From NCBI GenBank assembly GCA_016286575.1, contig JAEETB010000003.1, positions 406 through 64,405 of the forward strand: DNA of 64,000 bases. The letters are read 5' to 3'. Shown here in pieces: positions 49,890 to 59,679 of this stretch. Numbering within the stretch: position 1 is the stretch's first letter; every line of letters begins with the position of its first letter. Below the pieces are notes generated by a model. The model was not told the origin of the DNA and ran no database searches. It was given only the letters and a program-made list of their open reading frames with translations. A program made the translations under genes and the position numbers. The stretch is from Prevotella sp. (GTDB lineage: Bacteria > Bacteroidota > Bacteroidia > Bacteroidales > Bacteroidaceae).

Positions 49890-50957
49890 TTAATTGTTTC
49901 CAGAGAATTGTTTGATTCGCTGTTCCTCTGACAACTTGCAGATGAGCAGGATGTCGTCCTTCTCGGCTACGATATATCCGTCAAGTCCCTGAATCACCAC
50001 TTTCTTCTCCTGAGTGGTATGAACGATACAGTTATGACTTTCGATAATATCGATTTCGTTTCCGATGGTTACGTTTCCGTAAAGGTCTTTCTTGCTCTGC
50101 TCACGCAGGGAACCCCATGTGCCAAGATCGCTCCATCCGAAATCGGCAGGACAGACGAAGATTTCCTCGGCCTTCTCCATGATGGCATAGTCGACGGAGA
50201 TGTTATCACACTCAGGGAACCGCTCGTTGATCATCTCCTGCTCCTTGTCAGTGCCATAGATAGGAAGCAGCGCCTCGAAGATCTTTGCCATAGAAGGCTG
50301 GTAGATACGGAAAGCGTTGACGATGGTGTGGACGTTCCAGATAAAGATGCCGGCATTCCAGAAATAGTTGTTCTTCTGGATATATCCTAATGCTGTCTCG
50401 ATGTTCGGTTTCTCTCTGAACGAGTCCACTCTGTAAATTTCTTTGTTTCGAAGTGAGCTGGTGCTGAGGTCTGCCTGGATATAACCATAGCCAGTCTCAG
50501 GACGATTGGGCTTCATACCCAAAGTGACGATGGCATCCGTCTCACTGGTGAAGAGCATACACTCCTTGACAACACGCTGGAACTCGGCCTTGTCAGTAAC
50601 GATATGGTCACTGGGGGTAACGACAATATTGGCCTTCGGATCTTTCGACTTGATCTTCCAACTGACATAAGCGATACAGGGTGCCGTGTTTCTCCGACAT
50701 GGTTCGCAAAGGATGTTGTTTTCAGGTATGTCAGGCAGCTGTTCCTTAACGATAGCAGCGTATTTCTGATTGGTGACCACCCAGATGTTCCCAGGTAATA
50801 CCAGATCGCCGAACCTATCGACTGTTAACTGGAGCAATGTCTTACCAACACCCAGCACATCGATAAACTGTTTGGGATTCTCAGATGTGCTCATAGGCCA
50901 GAAACGGCTCCCCACGCCGCCAGCCATAATAACCAGATGATTGTTTGTCTTTGCCAT
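49890..50957 (-). CDS. manC: Mannose-1-phosphate guanylyltransferase
   Basis: [48 protein letters not shown] and WSDLGTW. -7 box at 50986-50993. Confidence 0.95.
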   Translation of the reverse strand: MAKTNNHLVIMAGGVGSRFWPMSTSENPKQFIDVLGVGKTLLQLTVDRFGDLVLPGNIWVVTNQKYAAIVKEQLPDIPENNILCEPCRRNTAPCIAYVSWKIKSKDPKANIVVTPSDHIVTDKAEFQRVVKECMLFTSETDAIVTLGMKPNRPETGYGYIQADLSTSSLRNKEIYRVDSFREKPNIETALGYIQKNNYFWNAGIFIWNVHTIVNAFRIYQPSMAKIFEALLPIYGTDKEQEMINERFPECDNISVDYAIMEKAEEIFVCPADFGWSDLGTWGSLREQSKKDLYGNVTIGNEIDIIESHNCIVHTTQEKKVVIQGLDGYIVAEKDDILLICKLSEEQRIKQFSGNN

Positions 50958-51040
50958 ACTCACTTCTTTTTGCTGATATAATCGGCAAAGATACACATTT
51001 TTTTAATAATAAAAGAATAAATGAGAAAAAATCCCTATTT

Positions 51041-51679
51041 TTATGCGTTATTTTCTCGTTTCTTGCCCATTTTCTTCTTCACAACGAAATAAACAATGGC
51101 CGCAATAACCAGAGCAATGATGATAATCTTGATGTATTCTGCGTACTCGCTGATCTTCTCATTCAACTGATCTTCAGGGACGATGGCATGCAGATACCAA
51201 CCCATCGCAGCCAGTACACTGTGCCATCCACCTGCACCGATGGTGGTGAAGAGGATGAACTTGCCATAGTTCATACGAGCCAGTCCGGCAGGGATGGATA
51301 TCAGGTGACGGATCACTGGGACGAATCGTCCTGTCAGTGTAGCGGCCACACCATGATCGTCGAAGTATTTCTCACTCTTCTCAACTTTCTCCTGATTCAG
51401 CAGACACATCTTGCCCCATTTGCTGTTGGCAAACTTATAGATCACTGGTCGACCAACATACAAGGCTACAAAGTAGTTGATGCTGGCACCAATATCAGCG
51501 CCGAGTGTGGCAAAAAGGATTACCAGGAAGACATTCAGTGACCCACTGGCGGCATGATAGGCAGCTGGGGTAACCACGAATTCTGAAGGTACAGGTACCA
51601 CAGTACTCTCGAGTAACATCAGCACGAAGATGGTGGGATACCATCCGAGGCTGTTAAGAATATTGGTGATGAAATTCAT
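51041..51679 (-). CDS. DedA family membrane protein
   Basis: LESTVVPVPSE and GRFVPVIRHLISIPAG. Confidence 0.92.
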   Translation of the reverse strand: MNFITNILNSLGWYPTIFVLMLLESTVVPVPSEFVVTPAAYHAASGSLNVFLVILFATLGADIGASINYFVALYVGRPVIYKFANSKWGKMCLLNQEKVEKSEKYFDDHGVAATLTGRFVPVIRHLISIPAGLARMNYGKFILFTTIGAGGWHSVLAAMGWYLHAIVPEDQLNEKISEYAEYIKIIIIALVIAAIVYFVVKKKMGKKRENNA

Positions 51680-53106
51680 TTCAGTTTACTATTCAGTTTT
51701 TTCTTCATATAGTCATAATAGTCCTTGGGCTCAACCTCCTTGGGGAAGTAGCTGCCAAGTACCAGGCGAGCTTCTCTCTGATTCTTCTCGATAGCCAGTT
51801 TGAGGTATTTTAGAAACTCGTCGTATTTCTTCAGATCCAGACAACAGAGCGCCATGTAGGAGTACCCCTCTTTCCAATCGTCGTCAACAAGTGTCAGAAA
51901 TCCTTTCAGCAACTTGTAAGATGGCTGTACGAGGTGGTTGTCATAGAGTGAGACGATGATACGGAGCATCGTCTTAGGGGCATTTCCTGAGTTTATCAGG
52001 GCCTTCTTGAATGCCTCCTCTGCTTCCTTCGCACGTTTGTTGCTCAACAACACATGCCCCTTAATAATACAGACATTGACATGGTCGCATTCTAAGGAAT
52101 CAGTCTTATCGAGATAGTAGATCGCTGTCTCTGGCTGATGCAGTTCACTATAGGCAAACGCCATCTCCTGATAGATCTCTGGCAGATAGTTGGAGTCTGG
52201 GGGTGATGTGGATTCGCCTTTCTTCAATACTTCGATGGCTTCCTCGAAACGTCCCAGATTGATTAGACATGTGCCTTGATGCAAGTAGCCAAACTCGTCA
52301 TCTTTCATCTTCTCAGAATATTTCTGGAAATAGGAGAGGGCTGTTTCGAAGTTCTCCAGATTATACAGGCTGTTGGCCTTGGAGAGCAGACCATCTGCGT
52401 CGTTGGGATCGATAGCGATGGCAAACTCGCTGCTGGTGATGGCGGCATGATAGTCTTCTCGCATAAATTGTGCACTAGCCAGGGCGTTCCAGTAACGAGT
52501 GGAGTAGGGGTTGTGATCTATAAGTTCGTTGAAGATCCTCTCACTGTCCTGATATTTCCCAAGTCCGAAGAGTGTGCGAGCCATCAGTTCCTTGAAGTCG
52601 TCGGAGTCATCGCCTTGTGAACGGGCAATCCATTCGAAGGCCTTGTCGAAGATGTTATAGTCAGAGTAGATGCTGGCTACATCGTAAACATAGTCCATCT
52701 GCTCGTCAGGCATCACTTCCTTCAGATGCTCACGGAAATGCTCGTCTGCCTCTTCCTCCTTGCCCTCACAGATGAGGATCTCGTTCCTGAGGTAAAAGGC
52801 TTCCACAGCGTCTGCTGCCTCTACATGGTCGGCATATTCGTAGGCCGTCTCAAAGTCCCTGAGCGACAAAGCTTCCCGAGCTTTATAGAGTAAGGGACCT
52901 AAAGCCTCGGGGTTATATTCCAAAGCAAGGTTTACGGCTTCGTCGGCTTCTTCCTGATGGCCATTATACTGATACCAATCAGCGATATCAGCCAAGTCAT
53001 CGGCATCCATATAAACCGGGTGCCCTGACTTGACTGAATCTTCGTATTGCCTCAGAATTTTCTGGAATTCCTCGCTTTTGAAATATTCAAGTTCGTCGTT
53101 TTGCAT
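51676..53106 (-). CDS. Tetratricopeptide repeat protein
   Basis: Repeated helical TPR patterns (e.g. YWNALASAQF...AIAIDP, LHQGTCLINLGRFEEA). Confidence 0.88.
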   Translation of the reverse strand: MQNDELEYFKSEEFQKILRQYEDSVKSGHPVYMDADDLADIADWYQYNGHQEEADEAVNLALEYNPEALGPLLYKAREALSLRDFETAYEYADHVEAADAVEAFYLRNEILICEGKEEEADEHFREHLKEVMPDEQMDYVYDVASIYSDYNIFDKAFEWIARSQGDDSDDFKELMARTLFGLGKYQDSERIFNELIDHNPYSTRYWNALASAQFMREDYHAAITSSEFAIAIDPNDADGLLSKANSLYNLENFETALSYFQKYSEKMKDDEFGYLHQGTCLINLGRFEEAIEVLKKGESTSPPDSNYLPEIYQEMAFAYSELHQPETAIYYLDKTDSLECDHVNVCIIKGHVLLSNKRAKEAEEAFKKALINSGNAPKTMLRIIVSLYDNHLVQPSYKLLKGFLTLVDDDWKEGYSYMALCCLDLKKYDEFLKYLKLAIEKNQREARLVLGSYFPKEVEPKDYYDYMKKKLNSKLK

Positions 53107-53122
53107 GCGTTATGCGTTATGC

Positions 53123-54940
53123 TCAACTTTTGAGCCCTACCGTCTTGTTGAAGACCGGATGCTCTGGTGTGGAGTCTGAATCAGGTGTGAAGTAGCCGAT
53201 GCGCTGGAACTGCAGATAGGTGAGCGGCTTCATGGCAGCGGCATATGGCTCGATGTAACATTCTTTCAATATGTTCAGCGAGTTGGGATTGATCATCTGC
53301 TTCATGGCTGTCACAGCGTCGCAGTTTTGGGCCTCACGGATAGCAGCCATCTCGTCGCGAGGATTCTCTACCTTCCACAGACGGTCGTAGAGGCGAACCT
53401 CTGCCTTAACGGCATGCTGGCAGCTGACCCAGTGGAGGGTCTTGCCCTTGATCTTACGGTTGGAACCAGGCAATCCACTACGCGACTCAGGATCATAGGT
53501 GCAGTAGATGGTGGTTACGTTACCATTAGCATCCTCATCGCAAGGATGTTCCTCGTCGCACTTGATGATATAGGCATTCTTCAGGCGCACCTCCTTGCCT
53601 GGAGCCAGGCGCATAAACTTCTTCTCGGCCTCTTTCATGAAGTCATCGCGCTCAATCCAGATCTCACGGCTGAACTCGATGGTGTGGGTACCATCAGCCT
53701 CGTTCTCAGGATTGTTGATGGCTGTCAGCTGTTCGATCTGTCCCTCCGGATAATTAGTGATGACCACCTTCACAGGATCGAGGACAGCTGATACACGGAT
53801 GGCACGAGTATTCAAATCATCGCGAACAGCACTCTCCAACAGCGCCATCTCGTTGAGGGCATCGTAGGTGGTGTAACCAATCTTATCAATGAACTTGATG
53901 ATGCTTTCAGGGCTGTAACCTCTGCGGCGGAAACCACAGATGGTCGGCATACGGGGATCGTCCCAGCCACTGACGAGCTTCTCGTTGACCAATGCCAGCA
54001 AGTTACGCTTCGACATCAGGGTATAGCTCAGGTTCAGTTTGTTGAACTCTGTCTGACGAGGACGGTTGTCCTCAATGTTATCTGTCTCGCCTTTCCACTC
54101 TTTCATCCATGTGACGAAGAGATCGTACAAGGGACGATGTTCCACAAACTCCAAAGTACACCATGAGTGGGTCACCCCCTCCAGATAGTCACTCTGGCCG
54201 TGGGTAAAGTCATACATGGGGTAGGCGTTCCACTTATTACCAGTACGGATATGGGGGATGTTCAGCACACGATAGATCAGCGGATCACGGAACAGCATGT
54301 TAGGATGGGCCATATCGATCTTGGCTCTCAAAACCAGTGTTCCTGGCTCACACTTGCCACTGTTCATGAACTCGAAGAGTTTCAGATTCTCCTCAATGGG
54401 ACGATCACGGAAGGGACTGTTGGTACCAGGACTGGTGGTTGTACCCTTCTGCTGGGCAATCACCTCTGAACTCTGCTCGTCTACATAGGCTCTGCCCTGC
54501 TGGATAAGCCAAACGGCAAAGTCCCATAGCTCCTGGAAGTAGTCGCTGGCATAATAGATATTAGCCCACTGGAATCCCAGCCACTTGATATCGTTCTCGA
54601 TGCTGTCGATGTACTCGGTATCTTCCTTGATGGGGTTGGTATCGTCGAAACGGAGGTTACACTGCCCACCGTATTTCTTGGCCAGTCCGAAGTCGATGGC
54701 AATGGCCTTGGCATGTCCGATGTGCAGATAACCGTTAGGCTCTGGTGGGAAACGGGTCTGCATCCTGCCTCCGTTCTTACCCTCTGCCAAGTCGTTGATC
54801 ACCTTCTGTTCAATGAAGCTGACAGACTTGATCTCCGATCTAGTCAGCTCACGCTCGTCAGAGTTCAAACAAGTTTGATTCTGATCTCGCTTAATCGCTG
54901 CCTTTTTCTCCTCGCTTTCATTCAGTATTTTTTCTTCCAT
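53123..54940 (-). CDS. glnS: Glutamine--tRNA ligase with a 25-aa N-terminal repeat-derived insert
   Basis: TRFPPEPNGYLHIGHAK, LRFDDTNP, MSKR, GWDDPRMPT and QFQRIGYF. Confidence 0.97.
   Translation of the reverse strand: MEEKILNESEEKKAAIKRDQNQTCLNSDERELTRSEIKSVSFIEQKVINDLAEGKNGGRMQTRFPPEPNGYLHIGHAKAIAIDFGLAKKYGGQCNLRFDDTNPIKEDTEYIDSIENDIKWLGFQWANIYYASDYFQELWDFAVWLIQQGRAYVDEQSSEVIAQQKGTTTSPGTNSPFRDRPIEENLKLFEFMNSGKCEPGTLVLRAKIDMAHPNMLFRDPLIYRVLNIPHIRTGNKWNAYPMYDFTHGQSDYLEGVTHSWCTLEFVEHRPLYDLFVTWMKEWKGETDNIEDNRPRQTEFNKLNLSYTLMSKRNLLALVNEKLVSGWDDPRMPTICGFRRRGYSPESIIKFIDKIGYTTYDALNEMALLESAVRDDLNTRAIRVSAVLDPVKVVITNYPEGQIEQLTAINNPENEADGTHTIEFSREIWIERDDFMKEAEKKFMRLAPGKEVRLKNAYIIKCDEEHPCDEDANGNVTTIYCTYDPESRSGLPGSNRKIKGKTLHWVSCQHAVKAEVRLYDRLWKVENPRDEMAAIREAQNCDAVTAMKQMINPNSLNILKECYIEPYAAAMKPLTYLQFQRIGYFTPDSDSTPEHPVFNKTVGLKS
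54827..54901 (-). repeat. Structured mini-element, copy C, in frame within glnS
   Basis: 75 bp encoding AAIKRDQNQTCLNSDERELTRSEIK. Shares gattaagygag, caaa..tttga, cgarcg and the two hairpins with copies A and B. Confidence 0.8.
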
Positions 54941-55007
54941 AAATCTCGTATATTATAATTGTGGCTGCAAAATTACTAATTTTTTCCGAAACTCTTGCAA
55001 AAAAGCC

Positions 55008-55042
55008 TCACTATTCACTATTCATTGCTCACTATTCACTAT
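55008..55042 (+). repeat. Heptamer tandem repeat at the mltG stop
   Basis: tcactat tcactat tcattgc tcactat tcactat. Confidence 0.88.
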
Positions 55043-56055
55043 TTTATGCCTCTTTCGTTGAGAGCCTTCGAGTATCTGGCTGCATTTCTCAGATGATCTG
55101 AATAGCTGACCGCGAAGTTATGCGTTCCAGAGAAGTCTTCCTTGGCACACATGTAGAGATAGTTGTGGGCCACTCTGTTCAGCACGGCGTCAATGCCTGC
55201 AATCGAGGCAATCTTGATGGGTCCTGGGGGTAGACCTTCTTTACGGTAGGTGTTATAGGGGCTATCGATGAAGAGCATATCGTGATAGATGCGCTTTAAG
55301 GCGAAGTTCTTCAGGGCGAACTTGATGGTGGGATCAGCCTGGAGGGGCATCCCTTTCTGGATGCGGTTCAGATACATGCCTGCGATCATAGGCTTCTCTG
55401 CGTTGTTGGCTGTCTCTTCGTCGATGATGCTAGCCAACGTACACACTTCATTTGGCGAGAGTCCGATGGCAGAGGCTTTCTTGGTGCGCTCGTCATTCCA
55501 GAAGTGCTTGTGCTCTTTCTGCATACGCTCCATCAGGTTGTCGATGCTGGTGTTCCAATAGACTTCATAGGTGTTGGGCACAAACAGACAGGCGATAGTC
55601 GATGTGTCGCATCCGTAGCGCTGGCAGAAGTCATTGTCCTGCAGACAGATGGCGAGTACCGTACTGTCGACCATCAGCTTTCTCGACAGCGAACCTGCCA
55701 GACGATCCATCGTACGGCTTTCCGGAATCGTCAGCATTACGGGTTCCTGATGGCCGTTCTTCAAGTTGCGGAACACGGTGAGGGCATTCTCGCCTGGTTT
55801 GATGGCATAGCGGCCGCTTCTGATCTTCTCGGCATAACCTCCATGACGGGCCAGCGTTTTGAAAGCTGTGATGGCAGGCTCTGAGGCGATGGGCAGCAGT
55901 TTGTTGCTGACGGAGTCCAGATCATCGTTATCGTCGATATAGACGTATTGGGTGGTTTCTGATGTCGAGAAACCGCTCATGAGATAATAGTAGAACACGC
56001 CCACGGCAGCCAGCAGACAGACGGCGATGGCTATCAGATAATGCTTTTTCTTCAT
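55039..56055 (-). CDS. mltG: Endolytic transglycosylase MltG
   Basis: N-terminal TM, TIPE, PNTYE, LASIIDEET, NRIQKGMPLQADPT and SPYNTY..GLPPGPI. Confidence 0.95.
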   Translation of the reverse strand: MKKKHYLIAIAVCLLAAVGVFYYYLMSGFSTSETTQYVYIDDNDDLDSVSNKLLPIASEPAITAFKTLARHGGYAEKIRSGRYAIKPGENALTVFRNLKNGHQEPVMLTIPESRTMDRLAGSLSRKLMVDSTVLAICLQDNDFCQRYGCDTSTIACLFVPNTYEVYWNTSIDNLMERMQKEHKHFWNDERTKKASAIGLSPNEVCTLASIIDEETANNAEKPMIAGMYLNRIQKGMPLQADPTIKFALKNFALKRIYHDMLFIDSPYNTYRKEGLPPGPIKIASIAGIDAVLNRVAHNYLYMCAKEDFSGTHNFAVSYSDHLRNAARYSKALNERGIK

Positions 56056-56167
56056 GTTTTGACTTTCTGATTCTTGGAAAATTGCTGCAAAGTTACGAAA
56101 AGTCGGGCGCAAAACAAAGAAAGTTGTGAAAAAACTCTCTACTCTTGACTATTAATTCTCTTTTTTT

Positions 56168-56251
56168 GTACCTTTGAGACCATCTCGAAGCTACTTTCGC
56201 TCGAAAAAACTCAAATTTATTTGGTTTTTTACTCACTTATTCGTATCTTTG
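56168..56251 (-). repeat. Structured mini-element, copy B, overlapping the malQ promoter
   Basis: Reverse complement caaagatacgaataagtgagtaaaaaaccaaataaatttgagttttttcgagcgaaagtagcttcgagatggtctcaaaggtac aligns with copy A. TAyCTTTG boxes lie 75 bp apart. Confidence 0.88.
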
Positions 56252-56267
56252 TACCAAATTACAGCTT

Positions 56268-58934
56268 ATGAAACTGAAATTTTCAATTCAATATGGTACT
56301 CAATGGGGCGAAAACCTCTATGTGTGTATCACTTACCGCAGTAATGACGGGACGGAGAAATCCAGTCGTCTGATGATGTTGACCACTGATGGTTGGCACT
56401 GGGAGTTGGAGGCCTCTGCCCTCGAGTCGCGCCATCATCCGATCTCGTCCTTCTCCTATTTCTATCAGGTGGAGGATGCCGAGGAACATGTCCTGCGTCG
56501 TGAGTGGACGGTCATTCCCCGTTGTTATTACTTCGATTCTTCCAAGAATTACGTATTGGCTGACCAGTGGCGCGAGATACCGCTACAGTATCATCTCTAT
56601 ACCAATGCCTATCTGACCACCATGCAACGTGCAAGAGACGAGGAGGTCGAGGCGTTGCGAGTGCCCCTTTATCGTAAGACCATCCTCTTCAGAGTGTCAG
56701 CTCCTCAGTTGCTGAAGGGACAGTCGTTGGCGGTTATCGGCAATCATCCTGCTTTGGGCAGTTGGAATGCAGCCCGCTATCTGAAGATGGAGTACATCGG
56801 TCGTTATGAGTGGCTGTTGTCTGTCAATGTCGATGCCGTCTTCCTGCCTATAGAATATAAATATGTGGTGATTGACGATGCCACCCATACACTTCTGAAT
56901 TGGGAGGAGGGTGACAATCGCACCATGGAGGGAATGCTGCCTCCTGATCAGACCCAGATTCCTGATGGTACTGTTTTGGTGGCCTATGGAGAAACGCTAC
57001 GGCTGAAGGAGCATATCTGGCGGGCTGCTGGTGTGGTGGTGCCAGTGTTCTCGCTTCGCAGCGAACACTCCTATGGTGTGGGCGATTTCGGCGATCTTCG
57101 TCGGATGGTCGACTGGGCAGTAGCAATAGGCATGAAGGTCATACAGTTGTTGCCTGTCAATGATACGACGGCCAGTCATTCATGGAGCGATTCTTATCCC
57201 TATAACATCGTTTCGGCCTTTGCCCTCCATCCGCATTATATCGATCTTGAGGCTTTGGGTAAGTTGAAGAGTAAGACTAAGATGACGGCCTATCTCCGTC
57301 AGCGCCAGGAACTTAATGCTCTTGGTTATAGTGATTATGAGGCTGTCGATCGTGTGAAGTCAGCTTATATCCATGAGATCTTTGAGGAAAAGGGACAACA
57401 GACCCTCGATTCGAAAGAGTTCAAACAATGGTTTGCTGATAATCAGGAATGGCTCGAGCCTTATGCCAAGTGGATTGCTGGTCCATCGGATACGGCTGAG
57501 CAGATTTATTTCCTCCAATATCACCTCCACCTCCAGTTGAAGGCAGCAGCTGACTATGCCCGTGAGAAAGGGGTATTCATCAAGGGCGATGTCCCCATCG
57601 GTGTCAATCGTGAGAGTGTCGAGACTGCTACTCATCCTGAACTCTTCCATCTCAATGCCCAGACGGGTGCGCCACCTGACAATTTCTCGCTCAATGGTCA
57701 GAATTGGGGATTCCCAACGTATAGTTGGGGTAACAGTGTAGATGCCGGCAAATCATCTATAAACTCTAAACGCTCAACGATCAACATCATTGAGTGGTTC
57801 CACAAGCGTCTGCGTTGGATGGAGCAGTATTTCGATGCCATCCGTATCGACCATGTACTAGGCTTCTTCCGCATTTGGGAGATTCCACTGGATGCAGTCT
57901 TCGGATTGCTGGGCCATTTCTCCCCATCCCTTCCGATGACAGTGGGTGAGATTGAGTATTTCGGTCTGCCTTTCCGCAAGGACTTCTTCACGCATCCGTT
58001 TATCAACGATCGTGTGCTCGAGCGCCTTTTTGGTATGCATGCGCCCTATGTTCGTGATAACTTCCTGATTCCACGCAGCTATGGACTTTACGACCTGAAG
58101 GCTGAGTTTGATACCCAGAAGAAGGTGCGCGATTTCTTCGAGGGGAAGAATGATGAGAACAGCCTATGGATTCGCGATGGACTCTATCGCCTTGTCAGTG
58201 ATGTGCTCTTCCTCGAGGATCCTGAGCAGCCGGAGATGTACCATCCACGTATCGCTGTTTTCAATGAACCCGTCTATGAGGCTCTGAACAATGAGGAGAA
58301 GGATGCCTTCCTGCGACTCTATAATAACTATTTCTTCCAGCGTCATAACTTCTTCTGGGGCGACCAGGCAATGCGCCGTCTGACGGATGTCTTTGGTGAT
58401 TCGCGTATGCTCTGTTGTGCTGAGGATCTGGGGATGCTGCCCGATTGTGTGGCACCTGTGCTCGACAGTCTCCGTATCCTGACGCTCGAGATCCAGTCGA
58501 TGCCCAAGGAGAGTGGCTATGAGTTCACTCATCTCGATGGCAATCCCTATCGCAGTGTGGCCACGATATCTACGCACGACATGCCACCTCTCCGTCTGTG
58601 GTGGGAGGAGAGCCCTGAGCGCACCCAGCGTTATTATGTCACCATGCTTCAGAAGCAGGGACGTGCCCCTGAACATTTGCCAGCCCATCTGGCTGAGGAG
58701 ATGATTGCCCGTCATCTTTATTGTCCGTCGATGCTCTGTCTGCTGTCTCTGCAGGATTGGCTGGCGATGGATAGCGAGTTGCGCTCGAAGAATCCGCGTG
58801 AGGAGCGTATCAACGTGCCCAGCGATCCTTATAACCGTTGGAAGTATCGCATGAACCTCACCATCGAGGAACTGCTTGCTGCCACTAAATATAATAATAA
58901 GGTACGTACGATGATACAGCGCTCGAAACGCTAA
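56268..58934 (+). CDS. malQ: 4-alpha-glucanotransferase (GH77) with two N-terminal CBM20-like domains
   Basis: PVFSLRS, GDFGDL, QLLPVNDT, KGDVPIGV, GQNWGFPTY, RIDHVLGFFRIW, AEDLG and STHD. Confidence 0.95.
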   Translation: MKLKFSIQYGTQWGENLYVCITYRSNDGTEKSSRLMMLTTDGWHWELEASALESRHHPISSFSYFYQVEDAEEHVLRREWTVIPRCYYFDSSKNYVLADQWREIPLQYHLYTNAYLTTMQRARDEEVEALRVPLYRKTILFRVSAPQLLKGQSLAVIGNHPALGSWNAARYLKMEYIGRYEWLLSVNVDAVFLPIEYKYVVIDDATHTLLNWEEGDNRTMEGMLPPDQTQIPDGTVLVAYGETLRLKEHIWRAAGVVVPVFSLRSEHSYGVGDFGDLRRMVDWAVAIGMKVIQLLPVNDTTASHSWSDSYPYNIVSAFALHPHYIDLEALGKLKSKTKMTAYLRQRQELNALGYSDYEAVDRVKSAYIHEIFEEKGQQTLDSKEFKQWFADNQEWLEPYAKWIAGPSDTAEQIYFLQYHLHLQLKAAADYAREKGVFIKGDVPIGVNRESVETATHPELFHLNAQTGAPPDNFSLNGQNWGFPTYSWGNSVDAGKSSINSKRSTINIIEWFHKRLRWMEQYFDAIRIDHVLGFFRIWEIPLDAVFGLLGHFSPSLPMTVGEIEYFGLPFRKDFFTHPFINDRVLERLFGMHAPYVRDNFLIPRSYGLYDLKAEFDTQKKVRDFFEGKNDENSLWIRDGLYRLVSDVLFLEDPEQPEMYHPRIAVFNEPVYEALNNEEKDAFLRLYNNYFFQRHNFFWGDQAMRRLTDVFGDSRMLCCAEDLGMLPDCVAPVLDSLRILTLEIQSMPKESGYEFTHLDGNPYRSVATISTHDMPPLRLWWEESPERTQRYYVTMLQKQGRAPEHLPAHLAEEMIARHLYCPSMLCLLSLQDWLAMDSELRSKNPREERINVPSDPYNRWKYRMNLTIEELLAATKYNNKVRTMIQRSKR

Positions 58935-58949
58935 AAACGTAAATCGTAA

Positions 58950-59585
58950 ATGTACAAGACATATATCTTTGACTTGGATGGCACGCTGCTCGATACGTTA
59001 AGTGATCTTGCTGCGGCTGTGAACTATGCTTTACGAACACGTGGGATGCCTGAGCACTCGATTGACGATGTGCGTCGTTTCGTGGGCAATGGAGTTCGCA
59101 AGCTGATGGAACGTGCGATACCTGATGGTGCTGCTAACCCTCAGTTCGACGAAACCTTTGCCACTTTCCGTCAGTATTATATGGCCCATTCACTCGATAC
59201 GACCCGTCCTTATGAGGGGATTCCAGAGGCGCTCGCAGCCCTTAAGGCACGAGGGTGTCGTTTGGCTGTGGTGAGCAATAAGATGATGGCTGCCACTCAG
59301 GAACTCTGCCAGCATTTTTTTCCTGACACCATCGAGGTGGCGATTGGTGAGAACGAGGCTGAGGGTATCCGTAAGAAGCCTGCTCCTGATACCGTATTCG
59401 CAGCCTTGAAAGCACTTGGAGTAGGGAAGGAGGGAGCGGTCTATGTTGGCGATTCTGACGTGGATATAGAAACAGCCCGCAACAGCGGACTGCCTTGTAT
59501 CAGCGTCCTTTGGGGCTTCCGAGATCGTGACTTCCTGATACAACATGGAGCAAAGACGTTCATTTCTGATCCTGGAAATCTTTAG
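58950..59585 (+). CDS. HAD family hydrolase (phosphoglycolate phosphatase-like)
   Basis: FDLDGTLLDT, VVSNK, KPAPD and YVGDSDVD. Confidence 0.92.
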   Translation: MYKTYIFDLDGTLLDTLSDLAAAVNYALRTRGMPEHSIDDVRRFVGNGVRKLMERAIPDGAANPQFDETFATFRQYYMAHSLDTTRPYEGIPEALAALKARGCRLAVVSNKMMAATQELCQHFFPDTIEVAIGENEAEGIRKKPAPDTVFAALKALGVGKEGAVYVGDSDVDIETARNSGLPCISVLWGFRDRDFLIQHGAKTFISDPGNL

Positions 59586-59676
59586 GCACGGATTACACGG
59601 CTTTTTATATAAAAAGACACGGCTTGCTGCGCTAAAACAAGCCGTGTCCTTTATAAAGGCCGTGTTAATCTGTGCC
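59585..59676. repeat. Long intergenic hairpin between the convergent HAD and ribE genes
   Basis: ~40-nt arms (ggcacggattacacggc...gacacggcttg / caagccgtgtc...gccgtgttaatctgtgcc) around an 11-nt loop. Confidence 0.85.
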
Positions 59677-59679
59677 AAT

